Positions 49,993 to 61,690 of a stretch of DNA of 64,000 bases are shown piece after piece. Origin of the DNA: Antedon mediterranea. Lineage: Eukaryota; Animalia; Echinodermata. Both the position numbers and the translations under genes were made by a program. The stretch spans positions 15,224,912 through 15,288,911 of the forward strand of contig NC_092675.1 in assembly GCF_964355755.1 (NCBI RefSeq). The letters are read 5' to 3'. Positions within the stretch are counted from its first letter, which is position 1. The number at the start of each line of letters is the position of its first letter. The notes beneath the pieces were generated by a model. The model worked only from the letters and a program-made list of their open reading frames with translations. It made no database searches and was not told the origin of the DNA.

Positions 49993-51682
49993 CCAGGTGA
50001 TTATAGCATGGACCTAGCGTACACACTTCTCGGATACATAGATACTAATCGAATACGATTGTCCGTGAAAACGTGCGCCCTCTCGAAATGATCGAGCGAG
50101 GCTAGCCCACACACGTACGTGTTACACACACGGTCATGCACTCGATGTTGCGGGTGCGAAACTCATGAATAACAAGTTAGAAAGAACTTGTTGAGGCTGG
50201 GTGTGGCCGAGCCTAGGTAAAAAAAAACCTAAATAAAGGACGCCGTTGTAGATAACAAAATATATTATTACAATAATATTGATTACAATTTAAAAAAAAT
50301 TGTTTTGATGAAATATAAGGTGCGTCTTATACATCGACGATATAAAAAATACCGATATTTTACTCTCAGTTAGGGGGTGCGTCTTATACACAGGTGCGAC
50401 TTATACACCAAAATATACGGTATATGTAATCGGTAGCGTGTGTTTGTTTGTTTGTTAGCAGTAATTACAAGATCGTTACCAAAATGAATATACAGATAGA
50501 TATGTGGTCAAGGACCATTCCATTAAATGTTGGGACCATGGTCCCAATTCTGGACCACTTTTTGAGTACACTTTTCAGACCTGCTAGTGTTAAAAGATAG
50601 GACAGAATTTTTCAAAAGCCGGCGAGCAGTCTTAAAGTAACAAGTAAACTGAAATTGCATTTTCTCGAACTATTTGTCCAAAAAACTTTATTTTTGTACT
50701 TGGCAAGAGTTATAATTTGAAATTTCAAAACATAATTTGATTTAATGTGCACGTTTTTTTATGCTAGTAGTTTAAAAAACCTATTTCTTTTCAAATTAAC
50801 TCGTTTAATGTTCTATTGTTAGTCAACTGAAGCTATTGTTAATTGAAAGGCTTGTTACATAACCATTACACCAAACTTGCATACACATGCTTAAATTAGC
50901 CTCAATCACAAACAGCATTAAGACACACACAAATATATATATTTTTTTTACCGGAGAAATCTTAAATGTAGGAAAATTTACAGTAGGCGGAGGTATGCAC
51001 TCTCGGAGTGGCTTTTTAGTTCAAACAGTTGCAGCAATTTCTGGGTTTAGCAAACCAACTTAAACATGCTATGCAGCACTTATGTGGCAGAGAGTGCAAT
51101 GGTTGTTTTTTTTTACATAAGAGCCAACAAAGACGATATCATCAACTCTGGGTGCAAGATATTCCAAATACTGTAGGCCTACTCCCGTTCCGTTCAAAAT
51201 TCCACCAAGACTTGGGAGAAATAAGATTTGCAATATTTATAAAACGAGCCGCTGCTGAGAGTATCAGACCAGAAAAACCCCCAACAACTGGAGCTGCAGC
51301 ACAGCATTCTCTTCGTGCTTACCTCCAAACAAGAGATTGGATGGTATTACAAAGCTCATCATTAAATGTCCTGCTGTATGGATGGAATCTTAGTATTCAA
51401 TGGTTACGAACCTGTTTCTTCTAAAGACCCAATTGCACCAGATAAATCAAGGAGTCATAATTATGTATATCTCCTTGCAGCAACTGTCATGGTAATACTT
51501 GCCAGAACATCAACCAGGCCAATGAAGACAGAAGTGAGGAACTTTTTGGAAGAATCAAATAAGTAGAAGAATCACACTCACAGTAGATTTATTTTAATAA
51601 AATACTGTAAATGAATGTTTGAATGTTGATTAAATGCTTCTGAGAAACAATTCATAACCTTTGTGGAAATGACTATCTTGGT

Positions 51683-51760
51683 TAGCTTTAGCTGTCTCAC
51701 ATTTTTCGTGACATTTACATAAATGTAAATGTCACGAAAAATGTGAGACAGCTAAAGCTA
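51683..51760. repeat. Perfect palindrome with 38-bp arms and a 2-nt spacer
   Basis: tagctttagctgtctcacatttttcgtgacatttacat-aa-atgtaaatgtcacgaaaaatgtgagacagctaaagcta. Confidence 0.95.
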
Positions 51761-54319
51761 TATTAATGTATTAAATTTTAGGTTGTTGCTAACTACATTT
51801 TATAAAGGATAATTTACATAGTGTTCATAGTTGGTTCAATGCTATTGTATTTTTTGTATAGGTGACAGGTCTATTATTTAGTATTCTCATTATTTGAAAT
51901 TGTTCTAGCTATCAGCTACCATTTTGTCAAGGCTCAAGTTTACTATAGGAATGATTTCGGATACATGTGCACCTACTAGTTACAAGCTGTACTCTATTTT
52001 ACTTGAGCGACCATTCTCTAAACATGTTTTTTGAATGGCTATAAATACAATGTCATATTATAAACACATTTTATTTACCTTATAGAACTTTGATCTAAGG
52101 TCCTTTTAATTACAATGCCAAGTCAGTTGTCAGAAATGATATTTCCCATTAATTTTGTTTAAATTAGTTTAAATATGAATATGGATGTTCTGATAAATTT
52201 GAGACTGAGTGTCTGTGACCAATACTTACCTAAATTGACCATGGATTGGGTCAAAGGTCAATATTGGTATTTCTAGTTAGTTCTGTAAAGGTAAATATAA
52301 AAATGAATATTCTGAACAAATTGAGACCAGTTTGAGGTGTCTATGACCAGCAGTTACCGAGATACTGATTAGGTCAGGTCAAGGGTCAATTGGTCATGAA
52401 ACAATAAATCGAGTCTTTTTTGGAAAAAATTTTCCATTAGGGTAAATATAAATGTCTAATTATGAACATTTTGAGACCAAATATAAATCTCTATCTTTAT
52501 TGGTTACCGAAATATATGAGAATTTGTTGTTATTGGCGGTCATTTTGAAAAATGGCTGCCAAAAAAATTCCTCTAGGTGTTGAGTTGGAACTAATTGATA
52601 TATGTTAGTATACATGTATCTGAACACTTTGGCGAAAAAAGCTATTGGTAAGCAATTTATTCCTAGATTTGTGAACAATTTGCTACTGTACAAGCCCTAA
52701 CTATTGGCAAAAAATATGAAAAAAAAAACAAATTCTGCCTATAATGCTGCTTAAGGACTACTCATTCAGAAGCTAAAGCAAGCAGCAGCCGTTACAGTAT
52801 CTAAGGCAGACAGTTTTGCGACTTTGTAAACTCGACTATAATTTATAGATCCCAGCCGCTGGACCCAAAAAAACATCTGGGAAAAGAGAGTCTATGAGGG
52901 CTCACGGTTGAACAATTTTGGATTCTTGATTGGTTGACGCGTCTCAACAGACTGAAAGAAATTTTCTCACTTGTACCGCTGTGAAGTCACGTTGTCTCTA
53001 GAGGTCACACACACACAGCACATTAAAGTTCAAAATTGACCATTTTAAAATTAAAAGCTATCTTTGATTTGTATGTCGTTTTGCAATTATTCATTCATTT
53101 ATCTTTTTATTTCGGAATATCATGGTGACATAATATTATATCCATAGCAAAAGAGAGAAAAAAAAAATCTTAATCTAACAGCTCATAGAACAAAAACAAA
53201 GATATGTAAATATATAAAGTCAATGCAACAAAGAATTCCATTTTGTATACATGTGCATTCTTGACACATTAAAAACGTGGCAATTAATGGCCATGATCAA
53301 GGAATTACTACTTGCGTTCACACGATTTTTAAAACTAAAAACAGATTTTCTAATGAACTCATCAAAGGATGAGACGTCATTTAAGACGAACATCATGCTT
53401 GCACTACAATGTCTAGGCTGCTTCAGCAGCAAACGTAAGGCATTGTTATAACATACTTTCAGTTATCTCAGAGTGCTGTTATTATATCTACACCATAAGG
53501 TTGAACAGTACATGCTGACACAGTAACTCTTAAATAGATAACATTTAGTCTTAGTAGAACATTTTCCAAACTTTCTATTTAGAGAGTTGGCCCTAATTTA
53601 AATAGATCGATATTTGACGTTTGATGTCACTTTCATCACTCAGATTATTACTGATCACATGACCAAGATAGGTTATTGAATTATCAACGATTAGATGTGC
53701 CCCATTTAAGGTAATATGTGGAACACCTTTGAGGTTGCGGACTTTCAGGCAAAATAGCAAGCATTTGGATTTGGTTTCATTAAAAGTAATATCATGGTCA
53801 CTAGCAAAACCTTCAGAGTCCAATTAGGCTTTGTAAACAAAAGGACCAAGTCATCGGCAAAGCTTAGGCAATTCAGTTTAAGACTGTTAACTTCACAACC
53901 TTCTTTTGACTTAGTCAGTTCAACAGTTAACGGATCAGTGTACACATTGTAAAGTAGAGGGGACATAACGCCTCCCTGGCGAACCCCATTACGAACAGTG
54001 AAAGAATCGGAAACGGAACTACCCCACCTGACAACAAATTCATGATTCCTATACCATGACCTCAGTATCTTTCCATAACAAAAAGTCTTAGTAGTTATAG
54101 CTCTATAGCGGTTAGCCTTATAGTCTATCCGGCTTAGTAGATATAGAGCTGTCGCCTATTTATCACCTACTAGTAGATAGATATTTGATAGATTTTTTAT
54201 AGTCGTTAGTAGATTTTTGCCTCATTAGCATATTTCGCGATGATATTAGTAGGCGACACCTACTAAATACAACTATTATTAGACTACCAATAATCTATCT
54301 AGAATGGATTCTTAATTGG

Positions 54320-55470
54320 CTATTATTTGGCTTTTAAAAATCTACATTAATTTGCTATTTATGGGCTATTAAAAATCTACTAATTAAATGACTATTATTG
54401 GGCTATTAAAAATCTGTATAAATTGGCTATTATTTGGCAATTAAAAATCTACATAAAATGGCTATAATTTGTCTACTTAAAATCTACATTATTTGGCTAT
54501 TAATATACTATTAAAAATCTACTAAATAATTGGCTATTATTCAGCTACTAAAAATCTACATTATTTGCCTATTATTGGGCTATTAAAAATCTACTTAAAA
54601 ATGGCTATTATTTGTCTACTAAAAATCTACATTATTTGGCTATTATTGGGCTATTAAAAATCTACATAAAAATGGCTATTATTTGTCTACTAAAAATCTA
54701 CATTATTTGACTATTATTGGGCTATTAAAAATCTACATAAAAATGGCTATTATTTGTCTACTAAAAATCTACATTATTTGGCTATTATTGGGCTATTAAA
54801 AATCTACATAAAAATGGCTATTATTTGTCTACTAAAAATCTACATTATTTGGATATTATTGGTCTATTAAAAATCTACTTAAAAATGGCTATTATTTGTC
54901 TACTAAAAATCTACATTATTTGGCTATTATTGGTCTATTAAAAATCTACTTAAAAATGGCTATTATTTGTCTACTAAAAATCTACATTATTTGGCTATTA
55001 TTGGGCTATTAAAAATCTACACTATTATTTGGCTATTATTGGGCTGTTAAAAATCTACTTAAAAATGGCTATTATTGGGCTATTAAAAATCTACATTATT
55101 TGGCTATTATTGGGCTATTAAAAATCTACATTATTTGGCTATTATTGGACTATTAAAAATCTACATAAATTGGCGACTATTGGGATATTAAAAATCTACA
55201 TTATTTGGCTATTCAAAATCTACATAAATTGGCTATTATTGGGCTATTAAATATCTACATTATTTGGCTATTAAAAATCTACTAAATAATTGGCTATTAA
55301 AAATCTACATATAACTATTATTGGGCTATTAACAATCTACATATAGATATTATTGGACTATTAAAAATCTACATATAACTATTATTGGGCTATTAACAAT
55401 CTACATATAGATATTATTGGGCTATTAAAAATCTACATATAAATTGGCTATTAAAAATCTACATAAATTA
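54320..55470 (+). repeat. AT-rich array of about 35-bp monomers with a 71-bp higher-order unit
   Basis: atggctatt recurs at 54601, 54672, 54743, 54814, 54885 and 54956. Confidence 0.92.
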
Positions 55471-55619
55471 ACAAATGTTAATTTAGATACTTAAAATCTA
55501 CAGAAATTAAAAATCTAATCTTTTCTGGCTAAAATACAGATACAGAACAATAATTCATCTTATTGGCAAATAACAAATGTATAATGATTAAAAAAATAAC
55601 AAATTAATTTTTTTCCCGT

Positions 55620-56200
55620 ATTTGTAAACCTTAATCTTGTCCATACATATGCGAGTCCGAAAACTTTAAGCACATATTTTAACTCAGTTGGACATGTAAA
55701 AGGAAGAATACCAAACAACAACAGTTACTTTTGTAACAATTTAGACTTATTAAGTGAAACAAGACATTAGTAACCAAATATACAGTATACATTTTATAAA
55801 TTTATTTAACAAAAAATTAAGATAGTACATTATTTGTAAACCTTAATATCTTAACCATAACATTGCACATGTTTTAACTCAGCTGGACATGTAAAAGGAA
55901 GAATACCAAACAACAACAACAGTTACTTTTGTAACAATTTAGACTTATTAAGTGAAACAAGACATTAGTAACCAAATATACAGTATACATTTTATAAATT
56001 TATTTAACAAAAAATTAAGATAGTACAGTATTTGTAAACCTTAATATCTTAACCATAACATTGCACATGTTTGAACTCAGTTGGACATGTGACAGGAAGA
56101 ATACCGAGCAACAGAGCAACACTCATCACTTTTGTAACAATCTAGACTTATCAAATGAAACAAGACACAGTATCCAAATATACAGTATACATTTTATTTA
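55620..56200 (+). repeat. About 200-bp direct repeat, 3 copies
   Basis: tttgtaaaccttaat...aactcagttggacatgt...tacagtatacatttta at about 55621, 55833 and 56031. Confidence 0.85.
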
Positions 56201-56758
56201 AACTTCAAAATTCAAAACAATTCCTGAATGGAATTAGACCAGACAATAAGAAATGCACCAAATATTGTCACTATTGACATGAAAAATTAATTACGCAAAA
56301 GCACACTTCACCATAAATTAATCATCTTTGCACTTGACCATCAAATTTGTACTAGTATAGGTTAAAGATCGTCTCTCTGAAAAAATAATTGTTTAAACAT
56401 TTTTTTGTTGAATATGCCATTTGAATTTTGCTATACAAGGGCTACCTACCAGTAACCTATTAACAGACTATAAACAAACTGATAATAGCCAGTAACTATT
56501 AATAAACTATTTATTTTATATACTTAGGCCTACTAAGAATTATTACAAATAGATACAGTAGATATAGCTAGATGACCTAGGCCTCTAGGCCTAGATACTG
56601 CATTAGAAATCTATTATTAATATCACAGTTGTAATATCTATCAACTGCATACTTACAATGGGTGTCACGAAACCTAAGACCACGAAAGCTAAGACCCCTT
56701 AAGACCTAAGATCACGAAAGCTAAAGACCCAACACCTAGATTACAAATATTTATCTTT

Positions 56759-57413
56759 CGCACCTGCCTTGTATTTTAACTCCCAACATTTATTCTGAAT
56801 ACCACACCTTAGAATTGGCACTTTCATGAAAAAGAATCACATAAAAAGTAACAAATACATTTTTAAATTGATGATTTTACAGACGTTTTTCTCGCACACA
56901 AAATGACTAGCCTACAGTACAGTAGGCCTACCCCATGGGCCATGTTCAATGTTTTTGTTTCTATGGAACGTCAAAAGAGCAAAAATTATATAGAGGGCTG
57001 AAAACTCTGTGGAGTCCATCTACAGTGTGGATGGAACAATGTAAAATTAAAATTGTAATGATAATAGTATACTCATGCAAGTACGAAGAAATAAATACTA
57101 GCAAATAAATTTTAATTTAAAAATCATGATAAGTATTTTTGTTTCGTTTTCTTTCTGTTTTTATACTTGTACTATTATTGTTGCTCTTTTGGCGCTCCAT
57201 AGAAACAAAAACATTGAGCATGGGGAGCTCGAGGAGTTACATTACAGTATACAAAGAAACACATCTGTAAAATCATCAATTTAAAGGATTTATTTATTTG
57301 CTATTATGTGTTTCTCCTTCTGAAAGTACTTATAAGTCCTAATTTTAAAGTGTGGTGTTCAGGATAAAGTTAGTCAACAAATTTGGAGTCAAAATACAAG
57401 AAAGGCAGGTGCG
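56759..57413. repeat. Imperfect inverted repeat (MITE-like) inside the large TIR element
   Basis: cgcacctgcct...catgttcaatgtttttgtttctatgga (56759-56985) is mirrored at 57181-57413. Confidence 0.6.
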
Positions 57414-58324
57414 TAAGAAAAACATCCTCTGAACCAACACAATGGAGTAAATATATACCAACAAACAACCCGTCAAGTTTGTTTGTTGTAAAGTAAAAAT
57501 ATACATTTACTCAACGGGCGAAAATAATGTGAGTTTATCTATGTTTTGCGGTAGTATTAAATTATATTTATGGTAATAAATGAAACCTACTGTGTTTAAA
57601 ATTATGTATAATAATAACCTATTAATAGACTAGGCTTAGGCCTATTAACAAACTGATAATAGGCCTAGGCAGCCCAGTATAACTATTTAGTATTAATATT
57701 ATAAACTAAAAAATCTATTTTATAATTGAACCCTGGGAAGTAGGCCTACAACTTGTGGCTTATTACTATGTTTTCATTTATGTACACACCTATAATTATA
57801 TTATACTGTATAATGCCATTGTTGAATAAATAAATGTTTTTTGAACAACAAACAGGCAATGTAGGGCCTATAGGCTAACTAGTAGTAGGCCTATAAGCCT
57901 AGGCTATAAAGTATATTAGGCCTAGGCTAGGCTATTATAATTATAACTTGAATGAAAAATGCCTAGTGCAATTTAAAAAAGACTAGGCCTAGGCTAGGGC
58001 CTACCTAGCTTAGTAGCCTAGCCTAGGCCTACTAACTAATACAGGCCTGGCTAGGTTATAGAGCCTACTAGAGGCCTACTAGCCTAGCTTCTAGCCTATC
58101 AAAAAGGAACACTTTAACTTTAACAAATAAAATGTAAAGATATGGATTGATTCACTTACCACTAAACTGACATTGTGTATAAATAAACATTCATGGTCTG
58201 ATCGAAAAGGCCTACAACAAGCGAATGCTCCTTTTTTCTCTGATCATCTGCATCGTGCCTGCTGCTGCTGCAAAAAAGAAGCGGGAATTTGGGTGTAACA
58301 ATTGTTATACACACGCACTAATAT

Positions 58325-60076
58325 ATAGACAACAGCTATCTATAATCTATTAACAAACTACATTTTACATTTTACATTTAACTTATATTCCATACCTACT
58401 AAATATCTATTATATATAGATAGATGGAGACTACTACAAGTCTATTAGAAATCTATGAGTAACACAGTTTTGTAATATCTATCAACTGTCTACTTATAAT
58501 AGATAGACAACAGCTATCTATAACCTATTAACAAACTACATTTAACATATATTCCATACCTACTAAATATCTATTATATATAGATAGATGGAGACTACTA
58601 CAAGTCTATTAGAAATCTATGAGTAACACAGTTTTGTATTATCTATCAACTGTCTATTTATAATAGATAGACAACAGCTATCTATAACCTATTAACAAAC
58701 TACATTTAACTTTCCTTCCATACCTACTAAATATCTATTATATATAGATAGATGGAGACTACTACAAATCTATTAGAAATCTATGAGTAACCAAGTTTTG
58801 TATTATCTATCAACTGTCTATTTATAATAGATAGACAACAGCTATCTATAACCTATTAACAAACTACATTTAACATATATTCCATACCTACTAAATATCT
58901 ATTATATATAGATAGATGGAGACTACTACAAGTCTATTAGAAATCTATGAGTAATACAGTTTTGTATTATCTATCAACTGTCTACTTATAATAGATAGAC
59001 AACAGCTATCTATAACTTATTAAGAAACTACATTTAACTTATATTCCATACCTACTAAATATCTATTATATATAGATAGATGGAGACTACTACAAGTCTA
59101 TTAGAAATCTATGAGTAACACAGTTTTGTATTATCTATCAACTGTCTATTTATAATAGATAGACAACAGATATCTATAACCTATTAACAAACTACATTTA
59201 ACTTATATTCCATACCTACTAAATATCTATTATATATAGATAGATGGAGACTACTACAAGTCTATTATAAATCTATGAGTAACACAGTTTTGTATTATCT
59301 ATCAACTGTCTATTTATAATAGATAGACAACAGCTATCTATAACCTATTAACAAACTACATTTAACTTATATTCCATACCTACTAAATATCTATTATATA
59401 TAGATAGATGGAGACTACTATAAGTCTATTAGAAATCTATGAGTAACACAGTTTTGTATTATCTATCAACTGTCTACTTATAATAGATAGACAACAGCTA
59501 TCTATAACCTATTAACAAACTACGTTTAACTTATATTCCATACCTACTAAATATCTATTATATATAGATAGATGGAGACTACTATAAGTCTATTAGAAAT
59601 CTATGAGTAACACAGTTTTGTATTATCTATCAACTGTCTATTTATAATAGATAGACAACAGCTATCTATAACCTATTAACAAACTACATTTAACTTATAT
59701 TCCATACCTACTAAATATCTATTATATATAGATAGATGGAGACTACTACAAGTCTATTAGAAATCTATGAATAACACAGTTTTGTATTATCTATCAACTG
59801 TCTACTTATAATAGATAGACAACAGATATCTATAACCTATTAACAAACTACGTTTAACTTATATTCCATACCTACTAAATATCTATTATATATAGATAGA
59901 TGGAGACTACTACAAGTCTATTAGAAATCTATGAGTAACACAGTTTTGTATTATCTATCAACTGTCTACTTATAATAGATAGACAACAGCTATCTATAAC
60001 CTATTAACAAACTACATTTAACTTTTTTTTCATACCTACTAAATATCTATTATATATAGATAGATGGAGACTACTC
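58325..60076 (+). repeat. 164-bp tandem repeat, about 11 highly similar copies
   Basis: gatggagactac at 58423, 58587, 58751, 58915, 59079, 59243, 59407, 59571, 59735, 59899 and 60063 (period exactly 164). Confidence 0.97.
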
Positions 60077-61496
60077 CCTGTCTACATAAAAACTCTTAAG
60101 GTGAAAAATATCTATTAAAAACTACTAACAATGGTGTAGCTTAAAGGCCTACTTTAAATAGTGCTACATCAACTATGATACAACTACTTACTGTGTACTT
60201 TTAATAGGTAGTACCTATTATGTCACCTATCTATTTTATGTAGTCAGAAAGTAGTCGAAGAAATCATGATAAAATCCTTAGTAGCCAAGAGAAAAAAACT
60301 ACTAACGGCCTATTAAGCCTACTAAGGATAGAGCTATTTCTATTAAAGACTATCTAAATCTACTTAGTTATTTCGTTATGGAACTATAGGTGAAGGGGCA
60401 TGTACCCCTGTCAATTAGGGTCTTGAAAAGTGTCCAGTTGTTCACTTTATCAAAGGCTTTGCTAGCGTCCAAGAAACGGCAATAAACTGGGCTACCATGA
60501 TTGTTGTAATGCTCGATAATCTGTTTAAGAGCAAATATACACAATTCGGTTGAGTGACCAGATTTGAAGGCAAACTGGTTGTCATGGGAGTCCAGTGAAT
60601 TACCACAATGTTGTATCATTACAGACTCTAGAAGTTTAGAAGCTACACATGCCAAAGCTATTGGCCGATAATTCCCTTTATCAGTGATATTCCCTGATTT
60701 AGATTTAATTACCGGCACAAGTGTGACTTTTGTGAGATTACTTGGAACAAACCCGTGAACAAACATAGCCTTAAAACATACACTTAAAATAATACTACTG
60801 TAAGTCGCTCAGAAGCGAATTTGAAATGCTCATTGCATAGACCATCATATCCCGCTGCTTTAGCATTGGGCAATTTGTCAATTAATAGCTTAATATTATG
60901 GGGTGAAACATCAATTTCACCGTCTGTACAGTTTTCAAGAGTTTCATTAACAAAAGTCTTATGCTCATATGAGTCAATACTATTAAATAAATCGGAGAAA
61001 TGTTGACGCCATAGGTCACAAATTTCATTTTCCCCTTTAGCACTACCAATTAAAGGACATCTTTTTAATAATTAATCATAAATATATCTGAAGAAAGAAC
61101 AATAATTAATTTTAAAATGTCGAGCAGCGTTTTTTGTAAGAAATATTTCTTGTTGAAATTTAACTAATTTATACCAGTATCTTCTACATACATATTATCA
61201 TTTTATACATGTATTATTTATTATCCTAAAACTATGCTTACTTAACAGCAAAATCATAGAAAGCATTTAGTAATTGTGGTTTAAAAATATGTAATAGGCA
61301 GGATAAAGCCCTGTTTACTGGAACCAATGGGCAAAGGCTTTCTAATATTAACCTTTATTTTTTTAGCAGATCTTCGTGAGCAATATGAAATGCACTCGCT
61401 GGCCACATTAGAGCACATAGAACATCCAAAATATTATTATGGTGGTTATTATGATAAAATACTTGACTACAATTTGTTTTGAATAATTTTTCCTAG

Positions 61497-61690
61497 GTCG
61501 TCTTGAATTTATCAATGGTGGTTGGTGTATGAATGATGAGGCATCAACACACTATAATTCAATCATTGATCAAATGACGATTGGTCTTCGTTTCCTCAAC
61601 GATACATTTGGAAGTTGTGGTCGTCCTCTTGTGGCATGGCATATAGATCCATTTGGTCATTCCAGAGAGCAAGCTTCCATATTTGCACAG
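61497..61690 (+). CDS. MAN2B1: Lysosomal alpha-mannosidase, coding exon 4 (catalytic nucleophile); the gene continues beyond the window
   Basis: cctag acceptor; [28 protein letters not shown]...[19 protein letters not shown]; gtaaaa donor; 194 nt, phase 1 to phase 0. Confidence 0.97.

Larger units (their letters stand above)
47711..50420. mobile_element. pogo/Tigger-like (Tc1/mariner) non-autonomous element with nested cargo
   Basis: TIRs ccgtatatttcggtgtataagtcgcac / gtgcgacttatacaccaaaatatacgg; TA TSD at 47709-47710 and 50421-50422. Confidence 0.82.
47691..51019 (+). mobile_element. Helentron-type element H6 (ttacctccgccaaggagg family), interrupted by a pogo-like MITE
   Basis: 5' ttacctccgccaaggaggta continues at 50423 with tatgtaatcggtagcg plus (GTTT)n; 3' IR ggcggaggt, hairpin cactc-tcg-gagtg and ttag. 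Confidence 0.78.
47016..52735. mobile_element. Inverted pair of Academ-like element ends with transposase remnants
   Basis: About 47016-47510 is the reverse complement of about 52245-52735. Plus-strand remnant LGEIRFAIFIKR...PEKPPTTGAAAQHSLRAYLQTRDW...GW (51029-51566) matches the C-terminal XPG-associated region of Academ-type transposases. A homologous piece lies on the minus strand at about 47520-47690. Confidence 0.65.
54071..60383. mobile_element. Large non-autonomous TIR element with subterminal tandem arrays (EnSpm/CACTA-like architecture)
   Basis: TIRs ttccataac / gttatggaa sit exactly at the break in the host RT. Flanks are CT/CT, so the TSD is ambiguous. Tandem arrays lie near both ends. 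Confidence 0.65.
53087..61058 (-). mobile_element. 5'-truncated non-LTR retrotransposon RT (RTEX-like), split by a 6.3-kb insertion
   Basis: NYRPIALA and FLDASKAFDKVN (60368-60766); GVRQGGVMSPLLYNVY and FADDLVLL (53745-54070); (TGAA)n-type tail at about 53087-53115. Confidence 0.85.

Noticed and set aside
58325-60076. Regular arrays here and at 6035, 13570, 29255, 45808 and 54320 as CRISPR-like loci
   Set aside because: The units repeat in full with no unique spacers, there are no cas genes, and the context is a eukaryotic intron.
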